From the human T2T-CHM13v2.0 reference genome, Homo sapiens: 64,000 bases of DNA. Positions 29,085-43,999 of this stretch are shown here, piece after piece (the stretch's first letter is position 1; the number at the start of each line of letters is the position of its first letter). The notes beneath the pieces are model-generated. The model was not told the DNA's origin. It made no database searches and worked only from the letters and a program-made list of their open reading frames with translations. The stretch lies in the NCBI RefSeq assembly GCF_009914755.1, contig NC_060932.1. The stretch is one strand, 5' to 3'. The position numbers and the translations under genes were made by a program.

Positions 29085-29844
29085 TGTTGGGGCCAAAAAT
29101 CAATATTCCAAAATATGGCACTTTGACATGCTGAACTGAAGAAGAAGCCTGAAGGACTCTCTGACCTCCTCACACCTCCCCAGTCACCTCCTGACCTCAA
29201 CTCCCTCTTTGTTGCCCCTTTCCAATATGAAAAGAATTTTTGAGATCCATATTTTTTAAGATGGTTCTTTGGGACACTAGTCCACCATCTTTTCGGTTTG
29301 CTGGTCATCCAAAATAACGTCACTTTTCTTGCCCTAACTCCTTGTTTCTCAATTTATTGGCTGTCGTGCAATGAGCAGTACAAACTTTGGACTCAACTAC
29401 AGCAGGAGAACAATCATTTTCTTTATTTCCCCTCCCTCCTATCTCATTATTTGTTGCAGAAAAGAAGACCAAGAATGTAACCACACTTGAACAGACCCTT
29501 TCACAAGATAATGTCTGTCTCTCAGGATCATTCAAATTCCAAAGACAGCTACTGACAACTTAGTCTCTATTTCCCACCCATTCATTCTCCCTAGTAATCA
29601 TTTATTGCCCTTCAACAGAATTCCTCTTCACCCCACTCCCATAACCTGTTTTGCCACTATCATGTTTTTTGCCAGGGTGGTACATAAGCTTCCAAACTCC
29701 ATTAGAAGAGTGAGTCATACTATGCAAATCTCCCTGTGTACTCATTAACAATTTTGTATGCTATTTCTCCAATTAATCTGCCTTTTGTTAGTTATTCAGT
29801 GAACCTTTGGAGGTCAAAGGGGGAGTTTTCCCTTGGTCCTGACA
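29085..29844 (+). mobile_element. MER39-like solo LTR (ERV1) containing a foreign LTR fragment
   Basis: tgttggggcc...ccaaaatatggcactttgacatgctgaactgaagaag ... ttcccttggtcctgaca; 4-bp TSD ctgg on both sides. Confidence 0.78.
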
Positions 29845-30226
29845 CTGGCTTCCCATTGTCAAAAAAATTAAGGCCTCACACCTTGGATATTTAAATCTCC
29901 CATGTTGGCCTTAATGTAGCTGTTAAACTTTTCCTCATTTCTCCTTTATATCCTTGTGCTACAGGAAACATGCACAACAACATCCATGCTTTTCCCTTTT
30001 CTGTCTTGGTTCCTGATATACCTTCTGTAAGAAATGCTCTCCCCTCCCTTCACACCAATTTCCATGTGACCAAATTCTGTCCATCCTTCAAAGGCCAGAT
30101 GCCATGCTGCTTTCTTTATGAAGCCTTCCCTATTCTCCATGAATGCCAGCTGCAGGAAAAGAAATAATGAAACCCAAACTGAGAAGAGTTTATGGCTGGT
30201 ACCAAAAGAAGAGAATGAAATGTTAG

Positions 30227-31024
30227 TGAGGGCTAAGCTTTGATTTTTTTTTTTTAACCATGCCCAAATTCCTATCTAAGGGATCTAGGGAGTCATGTCC
30301 TACTTGTCATAAATTCTCATCAGATGGATTTCATTTAACCCTATATATCGTGACTTACTTTCCAATCTGACTCTGGCACAACACTATGTGACAAAGAAGA
30401 AAATCAAAATGCTTTACTCCAAAACATGTTGCTTTGCCATATTTTGAAATGGCCCTGCAAGCCATCCTTTGTGGGGAAAAATTTGCATCTGTTAAGAATA
30501 TTAACATAGCTAGATCTTTTTCTTCCAGGCCCTCCCAATCCTGAAGAGATTAACTAAGAGTCTAGCACCTTTTAAAGGTCTGAATAGGAAACACTTGTCA
30601 TCTATTGTCTCTAAGGGCAGCCACTATGAGACTTCAAAAGAACCACAGTTTTTTATCTTAATGTGAATGTTTCCTTTCTTTTAATAACAGGTCTTTAGAC
30701 AAACTCAACCAATTGTAAACCAGAAAATGTTTAAATTCACCTACAGCCTGGAAGCCCCCTGCTTTGAATTGTCCCACCTTTCTGGACCAAATCAATGCAT
30801 TTCTCAAATGTATTTGATTGATGTCTCATGCCTCCTTAAAAATGTATAAAACCAAGCTGTACCCCAGCCACCTTTGATACATGTTCTCAGGACCTCCTGA
30901 GGGTTGTGTCACAGGCCATGGTCACTCACATTTGGCTCAGAATAAATCTTAAAGAAAATATTAAAGAAAATATTAAAGAAATATTTAAAGAATATTTTAC
31001 AGAGTTTGACTCTTTTTGTCAACA
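30227..31024 (+). mobile_element. MER4E/MER4E1-like solo LTR (ERV1)
   Basis: tgagggctaagct...cccaaattcctatctaaggg ... ttggctcagaataaatc...tttacagagtttgactctttttgtcaaca; TSD ttag. Confidence 0.85.
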
Positions 31025-33526
31025 TTAGTCTAGAAAAAAAAGGTAAACATGTGGAATAAAGTCATAATTCCATAACAGATATCAGGACGTGCCTGAATGA
31101 GATCTAAGTATGGGATTACCCAAGACTGAGTGGTGACTGAGCCCCTCGGGGCCTCGAGTAGGTAGTAGGGCTGGACATTGAGAAAGGGCTATAGCTGGTT
31201 ATTTCTACAGTACTGGCTGACATCAGGGACCTTTCCAACTCCAACCTTATATAATGCTGATGTTCAACATTGTAAAAATAGCTCCTGAGGACTCATCTAA
31301 ACTCCTATTGTACTTTTGTTCTGTCTCTCTTATGACACTAAAATTAATGATGATATGAGGACATTATTTATCTGTCCCATCTCCACTGATGGATGACAGC
31401 ATGCTCAAAGGCAAGGCTCACCTGGCACTGTACCTTGCACATAATTCTGAGACCACCCAGTTAAAAAGTTGAGAGATCAAAGCATTGATATCCATGCTGG
31501 TGTCGATCACATTAAGCATTGTTACAATAGTAAATTCAAGGACTGATGATTCTGGTGCCATAAAGAGGCTTCTTCTTGTACTTGGCAGTGTCCCGATGAA
31601 ATGGCCATGTTCTGAAACTATCCAGTCTTTTATTGATCAATACAGCATATGCCAATTAGACAGCAAATCCCACATTTTTTTTATGTTCTAAGTGTACCTT
31701 GACATTGCAGATGATTAAGTGACGTGAGGGGGACAATCATTAGCACACCATATCAATGTCTGCAAGATGACTGTAGTGAGACCAGAAATTTCCATGAGAC
31801 CCAAATTATTCCCATATGAGGGATGAATATGGTCATTATACTTATCTTAGTAAAAGAAGAACATGATAAAAGAAATAATATTGCTATAAAATATGGAAGC
31901 TACTTTAAGAGTCTATCACATCCATCTTTAATGAAGTAGAAAAAAACTTCCTGATCAGCTCACCTGTGAGCAGTCATGATCTGCCTTACAAATGAGACCT
32001 TAGGGTAGATCTGGACAGAAGGAACATGATGAGGGAAGTAGCTTTGTTAATTAAAAAAAATAATTTCCTGTCTGTTTTGAATTCTGTTTTATCTGTTGCT
32101 ACTTTCCCTGATAAGGCCTCTGTCTATTAATAATGGAAGACCTGGTCCCAAATCATTTAGATATAAACGATTAGATATATGTGACTTCAGTGAGCACTGG
32201 TCCTGCTCATGGATGCTCCTATGGAAGGCTTTGAAAGCACACTTTTAGAAATGTTTCTTTCCTCCTATGCACCCTGAAAGGCATTGGGATTTAAATTTAC
32301 TCTCATTCTGTCATCTTTCAGTAGAATGTTTTTCCCCACTTTGGAAAAATTGTTCCAATGTTTTTGAATGTCATGGTTAATGTCAGTTTTCTTAAGTCAT
32401 GAGTACATCTGACTGAATTAAATAAATGTTTTAATTCTTGAATAGTCTCTCTTCCACCACACAACCCTCTTCCCCAGTTGGAAAGAACCACGGAAAAGAG
32501 AGACTTGATTTAAAAGATGATCCAGTAATACATTCTGTTTGCCTTCCTGCCTTCTCTTTGGCTAAATGCTACATTGATTGTAGCACTTGAAGTGTTGCCA
32601 CATTCAGCAATACAAGCTTCACATGATTTGATATTTAACTTGTGGGAAAGGAGCCCAGATCTTTCTCTCCCTCTTTTTTCTCCCTGTGTGTTTACTGAAA
32701 TAAGAAGTGTCATACCCAGCTTGTCTGTTTACTTTCAGCCCATTGTTTTGGAAAGAATGAGGAAAAAAACTGACTAGCATTCAGAAGCAGCAGTCAAGAA
32801 AAGCACACGTCTTTTTTCTTCTTATATATAAACTTGTTTAATCAGAGCATTTGTACTTTGATGTATTATTATTACTTCTCTCTATGGGAATTGATTTGTA
32901 ATGCTACCTAATCAGTGTGGTTCCAATTTTAATCTTGGAGCTGAGTAATAAATATAAGACATTAATTTCCATAAACCATATATATTTGAAAGCTTCATTT
33001 ACATAGTGAACAATTTAGTCCTATAAATTCTAATGTGTTTCTATTCCTTTTGGGTTACTGTTTCCATAACCTTTTTATAGCTCTGATGAACATAATGCTA
33101 CCCAGTGTTGACAAATTTCTCGCTATTGTCCAATGCATAAAAATGTATTTCAAGTAACTCTCCAGTACTCACTCAGTAATTTTTCTTCTTTTTTTCTCAC
33201 TCACTATTGAGGGTAATTCCCTTTTAGGAGCTGAGACATTCCATTTATTTCCCCTTCCACTTTCGGCATCTCATTTGTCAGTTTTCTCTAGCCTAGTATA
33301 GGCTTCTGATATAGTTGGTACCAAGACAGCCCCGTTTATCCTGAGCAAGACTACTCAGCTTTAAGAAAAGTGCAGACTCAGCTGTAAGTAATATCATCTT
33401 TGTCTCTAAGAGGTTGGGGGAATGAGACAGAGTGTAACTGAGTATACTTAACATATAAACTGAACATTTTTTAGGTGATGTAAGATGAATTGAAAATGTC
33501 AAAATGGATCATCATATTTTAGAAAA

Positions 33527-33640
33527 ACACATATGTGCATATAGTGTGTGCATATATATGCATACATCTATATCTATATGTGTAGATGTATATATTATAA
33601 ATATATATATATACACACACACACAGAGACAGAGAGAGAG
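33527..33640. repeat. Compound (TA)/(CA)/(GA) low-complexity microsatellite
   Basis: cacatatgtgcatatag...atatatatatatacacacacacacagagacagagagagag. Confidence 0.85.
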
Positions 33641-34631
33641 GCTTAACATATAAAATAGATTTAGCTTCCAACCATTCATATTTAGCAATTTCTATGTGCT
33701 TGAAGTTTTAATTATTTAAGATTTTTTTTGCTTTTTATAGACAACTTGAGACTAAACTGGTAGTATCCTAAATGTGGATTACAATGTATAGTTTTAATGC
33801 ATTTTCATGCATACTATCACATTTGATCATTACAATATTTCCATGAGGTATTACTATATTACTGTTGAAGATAAGGAATCTAAGAACCAGGAATTTCTAA
33901 GATTGTATATTATTGACACAAAGGGGATATTTACTGGGTTTACCTGGAGTATAAGAACAACTGAAACATACACCTGTTTCAGCACAAATAGTCATTAAGA
34001 TATTGACATCATTTTATAAGACCACAGTAAATGCTCCCCTGGTTACCCAAGCCTTTTGAACCTAGGGGAAGATGAATTACTGCCAAGGCAGAAGTGCATT
34101 GGCTCCGACCCTTACTGTGTTCTCCTGTGATTCCCCCAAACAAGTTTCCCTGAATCTACTCCAGGTGGGTAGTGAACCAAAATCATTAGCTGTTGTTTCA
34201 AAAACAATGTGGAATAAATCAGGGGTCTCAGTTCAGTTCCTAAAAACAAGACTCCATTTCACCCTTCCTACCTCTGCTAGGCAGTGTTCCTGGTCAAAGA
34301 TTAATTGGTACATGAGAAGAGTGTTTCTTGCCCTCCCTGGAGTCAGATAAATGGATGCTGAAGAGGAGGCTGGGTCTGTGTCGTAGATACGGGCAGCACA
34401 GAAACAGGAAGCAAAGGTTTTCAGTGAGGATGTTAAGCTTTAGTTATGCCCTTTGCACCACTGTGCAATCCAGCTGACTCTGCTTCTCTGCATGAGCAAT
34501 GGGGGAGAGAAGCAGGGGATTTGGAGTCAGGTGCTCCTGGGTTGCAATCCTTGCTGCTCCACTTACCAGCACTGGGAATTAGGGCATGTTACCTCCCTGA
34601 GCTTCAGCATGGAGAATTGTTGAGTATGAAG

Positions 34632-35231
34632 TGTGCACTAGTTTTCTACTGCTGTATAACAAATTACCACCAGCTTAGCAGCTTAAAGCATCACCCATTC
34701 ATTATCTCAAGTTTCAGTTGGTCAGAAGCCCAGGCACAGCACAGCTGATCTCTGCTCAGGATATCACAGGACTGAAAACAAGGTGTTGGTCTGGGCTGTG
34801 GTTCTCATCTGATGCTCGAGACCTTCTTTCAGGCTCACAGGGTGTGGGCAGAATTCATTTCCTTCGAGTTGGAGCTAAGTTCCTAGTTTTCCTGCTAGCT
34901 TTTGGCAAGGAGCTGCCCTCATCTCCTAGAGGCTGCCTGCAGTTCTTTGCCCCCCAAGGACAGTTCACAAGATGAACATTTGCATTTTTCCAGAAGAGCG
35001 AACACACCTCTCTCTGACTTCTGCTACAGCTAGAAAAAAGTCTGCTTTTAAATGGCTCCTGTGTTTAGGTCAGGCCCACCTGGACCCTCTCCCTACGTTA
35101 AGGTCAGCTGTACCATATAACATAACTTAAGCATGGGAGTAAAATCTATGATATTCACAAACCCAGGATGGTGCAGAGCATGCATATCACATGCAGGAAT
35201 CCTGGGGACACTTTAGACTTCAGCCTGTCAC
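34632..35231 (-). mobile_element. MLT1-family MaLR LTR
   Basis: actgctgtataacaaattaccaccagcttagcagcttaaagcatcacccattcattatctca...ggcagaattcatttcctt. Confidence 0.8.
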
Positions 35232-35699
35232 CCAGGGATAAAATTTCTATGAAAATCTATCTCCAGGCAAGTAGTTGGCATACAATAAATGGTAATTCCT
35301 CTATAAAATATGGTTAAGACTTAATAGATTTTTAAAGGTATGATAATTCTGGTTAACTATTTTCTGTATCTGTCTTCCATTAAGAGAGAAATTCCATGTA
35401 AATTACACAAATTTTGCTAATCGTAGTGTCTAGCTTACCACTGAGCATATAGAATGCACAGTAAAGCCTTGATTAAATTATATGGGATATGGAGAGGTAA
35501 AGTCATTCTTTCATACTAAATAATAGTGTTGAAATTTTGAAGACTGTAGGCTGTGAGTCAAGACTCTCTGAGGGCATTTATATTCACATGCATAGTTTTA
35601 ACCAATGGTCATTTATTAGCAACTCATAAACTTTTATTTACAGATCATGTGACTGTCAGCACTCAAACCTGTTTTGATGGCTGCATACTGGCCATTGAT

Positions 35700-36080
35700 G
35701 GTCGCATGTTACCTAAACATCTCAAACTCAACATGTTGCAAATAGAACTGCATCCCACAAATAATTTCCTGATTTATATCTTCTATCTCCATGAATACGT
35801 CACAGTTTCCCCAATGTCCAAAGCCACAAATTGGATAATCATTCCCCTTCGACTCTTATCCCTCTTCCCTTTTTTATCCAATTGGCCAAATCATGTCAGT
35901 TCTGTCTTCTGAATGCCTCTTTCACTTATTCTCACTTCTTTGTTTATGTTATCCCTGGTCTTCATCATTCCCTACCTAGTAATGGCAGTGGTGTAATCAG
36001 GTTTTTTGTTCTCAGGTTCTCTAATTCATTCTGCAGTCTTATTGTTCAACTTATTTTTCAGAAATATAAATCTGATCCTG

Positions 36081-36090
<10 letters not shown>
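35700..36090 (+). mobile_element. L2 fragment
   Basis: catctcaaactcaacatgt...atccaattggccaaatcatgtcagttctgtcttctgaat...ttttcagaaatataaatctgatc. Confidence 0.6.
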
Positions 36091-36111
<21 letters not shown>

Positions 36112-36435
36112 CAGTTTTTCAATGACACTCAACTGATTTTAAGAAGATAAAAAACTGGCTGTCCAACAACTACTACTTTCACTACCTGGCCATACATGAA
36201 TCTCCATAGAGCATGGACAATTAGCTTTTAAAAATATTTTGAGGCATAATTTACATACAGATACTGTGTGTGTGTTGATGTGTTTTGACAAATGAATATA
36301 TTTGTGAAACCATTATCTAATTAAGATATAATACACCAGTCATCTTTTTTGTAAAATATAAACCTTCTCATGTTTCTTGTTACTCTCTTACTCTCAAAAG
36401 CGTTCCATCACAGAATGAAATTCTATTCCCCTTCT

Positions 36436-36984
36436 TGAAACCGCCTTTGCAAAATTATGACTGAGACAGTGAAAGAGAGCTAATTTAACCGACTCCATCT
36501 TGCTTCTAACCTCCAAGGTGCCCTTGTTCATTCCTGGGCACAGGCTGAACTAACTTTGGGAGAAACCTAGTTTATAGTTTAAACAAAGACAATAGCAGCC
36601 CTTTCCCAAAGCAGACCTTCTTCTTGCCTGGGGACTAGACTGCCTTTGTAGGACTAACATTAGCCACAAGATTAAAACTTAGGAGTCATGCAGCTGGAGG
36701 CTACAAGATTCTCACCTTCCCTAAACTGCTTCTAAGATCAGTGCTTGAGATATTTTGCAGACCCTGCACTTGATGGATCAGCTGGCACCACCCAGATTAA
36801 TAAACTGGCTCATGTGATCCTGTGGCCCCCACCCAGGAACTGACTCAGTGCAAGAAGACATCTTCAACTCCCTATAACTCCTGCACAGCCAGCTCTGCAT
36901 GAATTACTCTTTCTCTATTGCAATTCCTGTCAATGAAGTGCTCTGTCTAGGCAGCGGTCTAGGTGAAACCCTTGGGTGGTTACA
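36436..36984 (+). mobile_element. LTR8 solo LTR (ERV1), probably with an internal deletion
   Basis: tgaaaccgcctttgcaaaattatgactgagacagtgaaagag ... cttgggtggttaca; TSD ttct. Confidence 0.88.
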
Positions 36985-37150
36985 TTCTCATTTGTGTAAT
37001 TACATAGGTAGGACCCTGCCCATCTCTCTGACCTTTTCTCCTACAAATCTACCCCTCATTCACACAGCCTATGCCTATGGTCTTTCCTAGTTGTCTCAAG
37101 TTCATCTCTGCCTTTGCCTAGAACATTTCCATGGCTTTCTGTCTTCCTTC

Positions 37151-37631
37151 TGTCAACCTTAAATAATGAGATTCAGAAAATATGATTAAGTATAGAATGT
37201 ATTTGAGTGAAAAGCTTGAGGGTAGCCACCCAGGAAACACTGACTCCAAACAAATGGGGTCAGTGCTTCAAAGTAGGGAAGTTAAGATTTTATTTACAAA
37301 GGGGAGAGACAGAGCAGTTTCAGCAGGGTTGCATTTTCCATAGAAGACGGATGCATACATTATAGCAATTTGATTTGTTACAGATTGCTACATTCCAAGG
37401 AAGGTTACTTTATTACTCTATGAGGAGTGATAATGATCTGAGTGGGTCTTATCTCTCTTGCTGTTTGTTCTTCCTAATTACTTATAGAATAATAATAATT
37501 TTAAAAAAAGGCAAGAAGGCAAAAGCTTCAGCTATGTGCCCCGTCACTCAGTCCATATAGCTAGATTCCTTTCAAGGCTCAGAAAAATTTAAAATTTCAA
37601 TGGCTTTAAGTTTGAGTTATTTAATTTTACA
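37151..37631 (-). mobile_element. ERV1 solo LTR (MER87-like; family uncertain)
   Basis: TG...CA termini (tgtcaaccttaaat ... ttatttaattttaca); near-TSD cttc/tttc. Confidence 0.6.
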
Positions 37632-37789
37632 TTTCCTTCAGGTTTGTTCCAATGTCCTTTCTCACAGCCAAGTAGACCCTTGTTTAAATGACGTGTCCTA
37701 TGGAGAGCTTCTTGATGATCCTATTTTAAATTGCACTCATATCAGAGCCCAAGCCCTTACTTGTATCACCAGCTGACACACTTTATACA

Positions 37790-38095
37790 TTTTTTAATTT
37801 TTTAACTTTATTTTTTTAGACACAGGGACTCACCCTGTCTCCCAGGCTGTAGTGCAGTGGTGTGATCAAGGTTTACTGCAGCCTCAACCTCCCAGGCTCA
37901 AGCAATTCTCCCACCTAATCCTCCCAAGGAGCTGGGACCACAGCACACTACCACACCCAGATAATTTTTTATTTTTTTAGCTATGGGGCCTCCCTGTATT
38001 GCCCAACCTGGTCTCGAACTCCTGGGCTCAAACAGTCCTCCTATCTCGGCCTCCCGAAGGGCTGGGATTACAGATGTGAGGCACTGTACCCAGCC
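37790..38095 (-). mobile_element. Alu (J-type)
   Basis: actgcagcctcaacctcccaggctcaagcaattctcccacc...ctcctgggctcaa. Confidence 0.88.
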
Positions 38096-38965
38096 CACAT
38101 TTGTTTATATGTTTAATAGAATGTAAGTGGACTTGGGATGTCTTCTTTGCTGCCTTTTCTCAATGTTCCAAATGGTATCTGAGAGTAGGTTCTCAATATT
38201 TGTTGAATGGAGTGGATGAAATCTACACTCTATAGCATGGCATAAAAAGTCTTTCATGATATGAACCTTGCCTTATATTTTACTTATATTTTCTGCTTCC
38301 CATAATCCCTAAACTTCAGTCAGTTTCAACTACTTAGAGCTCCTTAAAGACGCTAGATTTCCCTTCACCTCTGGCCACATATTCTTACTGTTCCCGGAAT
38401 TTCCTTGCTTCCTTTGTCTACTTTTCAAATGCTTGCTCGTTCTTGGCTGAAATTTCTTCCTCTGTGAATAACTCCTTGACTCTTTCAACAAACTTCAATC
38501 TCCCTGCTCTGTTACCTCCTTTCCACTTTCTTCTTAGCATAGCCCCTAGAATGTCCAGTAAATATTCATTTTTCAGCACAGTGTTTTTCCACCAGTATCT
38601 GAGCTCTTTGAAGATTTTAATGATGCCTTTTCATCCTTGTATCACTAATAATTAGCCAGTTTAATGAATAATTTGAACTCAATAAATTATTGAGTGTTCA
38701 AAAAATAATAGAAATGTGTCTTCAAAGAAAATAATAGAAAACAAAAGAAGAAAGACAGGGAAAAGGTAGGGAAGAAAGGAGAAAGAAAAGAAAATAGCTA
38801 GAAAAGAAAAATAAAATAGATATTTAGATAAATATTGAGATTTAAATTCAGTCCCTCAAAAGTAAAGAGTCCAAGGTCTCAGAAAAATAATCTAGTTAAT
38901 TCATGGCTACCTTCAGTTATTAAATATAGGGCTAATTTAGATTTAAAAAGTTTCAATTCTTGCTC

Positions 38966-39025
38966 TGTGTGTGTGTGTGAGACAGAGACAGTGAGAGAGA
39001 GAGAGAGAAAGAGAGAGAGCAGAGA
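38966..39025. repeat. (TG)n(GA)n microsatellite
   Basis: tgtgtgtgtgtgtgagacagagacagtgagagagagagagagaaagagagagag. Confidence 0.85.
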
Positions 39026-39058
39026 TACTGTTTCTGAAGGGAAAAAGAACATTGTATA

Positions 39059-39490
39059 TGATGAAAGTAAAATTTGAGCCAAATTAAATTTAAAGCAGTT
39101 TAATTGAGCAATGAACGATTTGCGAATTGAGCAGCCCCCAGAATCACAGCAGATTCAGACAGACTCCAGGGGTGCCTTGTGGTCAGAACAAATTTATAGA
39201 CAAAAAAAGGAAAGTGACATACAGAAATAGGAATTGAGTTACAGAAATAGCTGGATAGGTTACAGCTCAGTTTTTGCCTTATTTGAATACAGTTTGAACA
39301 CTCAGCAGTGAATGAGTGGTTGAAGTATGGTTGCCGGCATTGGCCAAGACTCAGCTATTGTTACAGATGCATACTCCTAAGTTAGGTTTACAATCTTGTC
39401 TGCCTATTAAGTTAGGTTGCAGTTCATTCACAAGGACTCAAATATAGAATTACGGAGTCCTTCTCAGGCCATATTTAGTTTGCTTTAACA
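39059..39490 (-). mobile_element. MER57-family solo LTR (ERV1)
   Basis: Ends ggagtccttctcaggccatatttagtttgctttaaca; TSD tata. Confidence 0.82.
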
Positions 39491-39827
39491 TATAGAAGAA
39501 AGACATATTCCTAAATAGTAGTTTGAGTGTAAACTCACAACAAGTTTAAGTACAAACAAATAGTAATACACACACAAACACACACATGCGTATGTATCTG
39601 TATGATGTTTGTTACACACACAATTCATTTCCTAATATTTTATTTTAATGATGGGAAACACATTTACCACATGGTCGGATATGGAAATAACTTTTTTGTG
39701 TGACACCAAATAAGACCCTCCAGTTTTCCTTTATTTCAGCTTCATCCCTTCTTTAACCGATCTTTTCTTTTGAAGCTGCACAGACCAAGAATAATAGAGG
39801 AAACTTACAGGATGATTATGTTAATCG

Positions 39828-40369
39828 TGTTATTTCTATTTCATATTTTATGAAGCTTTGACATCTTCGGGGCCTCTCTGGCTTGGGAGAGACTGTCCCT
39901 CCAAAAGTTATCTAATTCCCAGAGATAGCAAATGTGCTCCCCCGCCGCAGCCCACCTACCCTGTGAACATGCCTTTTATTTGCAAACCAAGAATCCAAAG
40001 CTCCTATCTCCAACCTCCTCCTTTATGTAACTCTCAGACACCAAGCCAATATTTGTCCTGCCCTAAATTATCCCAGGGTCAGGTACTAAACAACTAGAGA
40101 CCACCCCTGTAGCCCAGAGCCTGCTGAAATTATTCCAACTATCTAATCCTAAACTTGATCAAACTTGCCCACTTTGTCTCACCCATTTCTTCCCAGGGAA
40201 ATCACAGTGAAGGCTCTGAGCCATGCTTTTCCCTTCTTCCTTCCTTCTGCTTCCTGAATGAACAGGCTACTTCTCTATGTGGCCCTGTGTCCCCTTCTCT
40301 TGGGAACTATGAGTAACAAAACTTTGTGTGTCATCATTTAGTCATTTCTATAAATTAAATCTAGGTACA
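39828..40369 (+). mobile_element. MER67-like solo LTR (ERV1)
   Basis: gctttgacatcttcggggcc...aattcccagagatagcaaa ... aaattaaatctaggtaca; TSD atcg/atca. Confidence 0.7.
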
Positions 40370-41295
40370 ATCAAGAAATGGTTTTGTATAGGTAAAACAA
40401 AAACTAGTAATGAATCTTTGAATAATATGATTAATTTTAATCATCGGTACTCTCCCTGCTCCTTTCCCTCAAGAATTGCATGTAATAGTAATCAAATGAG
40501 TAAAATCAAGACTTGCCTGTAATATTAATCATACTAGAATGCAGAGAGCTGTGAGGAAAAGAAATGAAAGAATTCCCTGGGAAACACTGCAATATGTGTT
40601 CACATCATTCTCTGGAACAATACTTCGGACAAAAATCCATTTAACTTGTTCTCAGCCATCATAGTTGTTTTCCTGAATCATAAAATTCACATTATGAAAT
40701 AAACCCTGACATTAACTTGATTAGTATAATCATAAATCTCAGCAGCCACATGCATGCTTTAAACTGCAGTTTTTCTGCTACAATTATAGATTCTATTATT
40801 TTCCCTACCTACAGCAGTAATTAGATATTATTTCAATACACAGCCAATGGTTGGCAATATTTTTTAAAGTCATGTAAAAGACTCATTGGTGTAAAACCAT
40901 TGACACAAAGTTTTTGTGAGTTCAGTGGCAATGTATTAATTTTATTGATGGATTGTAAAGTCTATTGAAAGTGATCCAAAAATATCCATAGCCTTTGTTA
41001 TGAAGGTATATACTCCCATTTATACATAGCTTTTTTTGAATGTTTACATGTATGGGCACATCTGTTGTTGGGGCTCAGAAATGGATATCCCAAAATATGG
41101 TGCTTTGAACTGAAGAAATCTTAGTATCTCTTTGGCCTTCCCTACCCCTCCTGTCTCTCAATCCTCCGTGTCTTCCAATCCACCAGATGCAGTTGTTCTC
41201 CAAAGTTCCCTTATCTGCCTAAAGGTCAGACCTGCCAAAGAAGAAAACAATTACCTTTGGCCCCTTTCCTGTGTGTTCATTAACTGAATTCATAC

Positions 41296-42144
<849 letters not shown>

Positions 42145-42982
42145 ATATTGCAGGAAGAAAGACTGAGGTCTGTCAACACACCTGGACAGACTTTTGTCAC
42201 AAGCCATTGTCTGCTGTTTGAGTCCAACAGGCTTTGCCCCAGGTCATTGTATGTTCTTCAAGCCTGTTGAATTTCCCTAAAAATTATTTACTATCTCCTA
42301 AAATCATTCAAATTTTCCATTTCCCTTTCCCTGAGAAATGGGTTATATAATCATCTATACCCATAGTGTGGTGGCACTATCACTCTGCCCCATGCACACT
42401 AACAAATTTGTGTGCCATTTCTCCTATTAATCTGCCTTTTGTGTGTTGATTTTTCAGCAAACCATCAGTGGTGAAGGGGAAGTTTTCCCTTGGCCCCTAT
42501 GCTATATATAGATAAGTAGTTATATTATTTAGATAAGACATTAAAGGGAACTTTCTATTCTAAAGTAAAAGCTTTGTAACAAAGATTTTTCTCTGAATCA
42601 TATTTATATAAATTTCATAAAGTAAAAAAAAGGAAATGTTCGCCTGTAGATTGCTGTTTAATGGACAGCTGAAACGAGGTGCTCTGTGGACATTAGTTCA
42701 GACTTGGAGGCTTGGAATCAGTTCTTTGTAACTGGCTTGGTCTCATTCCTGAGGATGACGGAGCTTCTTCCCATGACCATGCACAGATGACATCAGCACT
42801 CAGAATCTCATTCACAATGAAACCCATCTGCAGGGAGCCACCTTTACCCCGAGTATGGATTTCAGCTTTGCTTCTATTTAATCGTGAGTGACCTTGAGTC
42901 CATTACTTGGCCTCTATCATTCTCAGTTTCATGATTTGAAAAAGGAGGGGTCAAAATGAAAAATCATAGGTCTTTTTAAAAC

Positions 42983-43605
42983 TGAGGGCTAACCTGATTG
43001 GGCCCGCCAATGTTAACTTTTCTCCCTTGTTTTTTAGTCACTTGCTTTTAGTTTATTTTAAAACCCATAGACCTAAAAGTCATGAAGCTAAGCAATATAT
43101 AACTAACCTTGCACTGGCTTCCTTATAGGTAATATCTCTGGTGTATAGGTCACCACAGTAACAGTTGCTTAAGTTGTTTTGTGGGAACTTAGAGTCCATT
43201 TTTGTTTAGCTCGAGCTGGCTGAGACCTTTTGACTGGCCTGCATTAATCTCTGATGGGTGACCCTTTGATGTCAGAGGGTAAAAATCTCCACCCTTAGAT
43301 CATGCTAATGATGCCATTTTGTGAACATGCATCCCATGGAGAGCCATGAAACTTGACTGTGCTTGTGCAGATCACCAATTGACTCATTTTTCCTTACCCC
43401 CAAACACCTTTCACTATGCCTTGGACCACCTTGCTTCTGTATCCCATAAATATCCCTAAAACTCCATCTTCAGGGAGGTTGATTTGAGATCTTTTCTCCT
43501 ATCTCCTTGCTTGGCTGCCTTGTAAATAACCCTTTCTCTGTACAAAACTCATCTTCTCAGTAATTGGCACACTTCACAACAGACAGAACGAGCCTGGCTC
43601 AGTAA
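42983..43605 (+). mobile_element. ERV1-class solo LTR (family not resolved)
   Basis: TG start; TATA-like cccataaat; U5-like cttcagggaggttgatttgagat...gaacgagcctggctcagtaa. Confidence 0.6.
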
Positions 43606-43667
43606 ATTTTCAATTGCTAATCTGACAGAAGTATAGACATTAAGGAATTGCATAATGTAAACACCTA

Positions 43668-43999
<332 letters not shown>

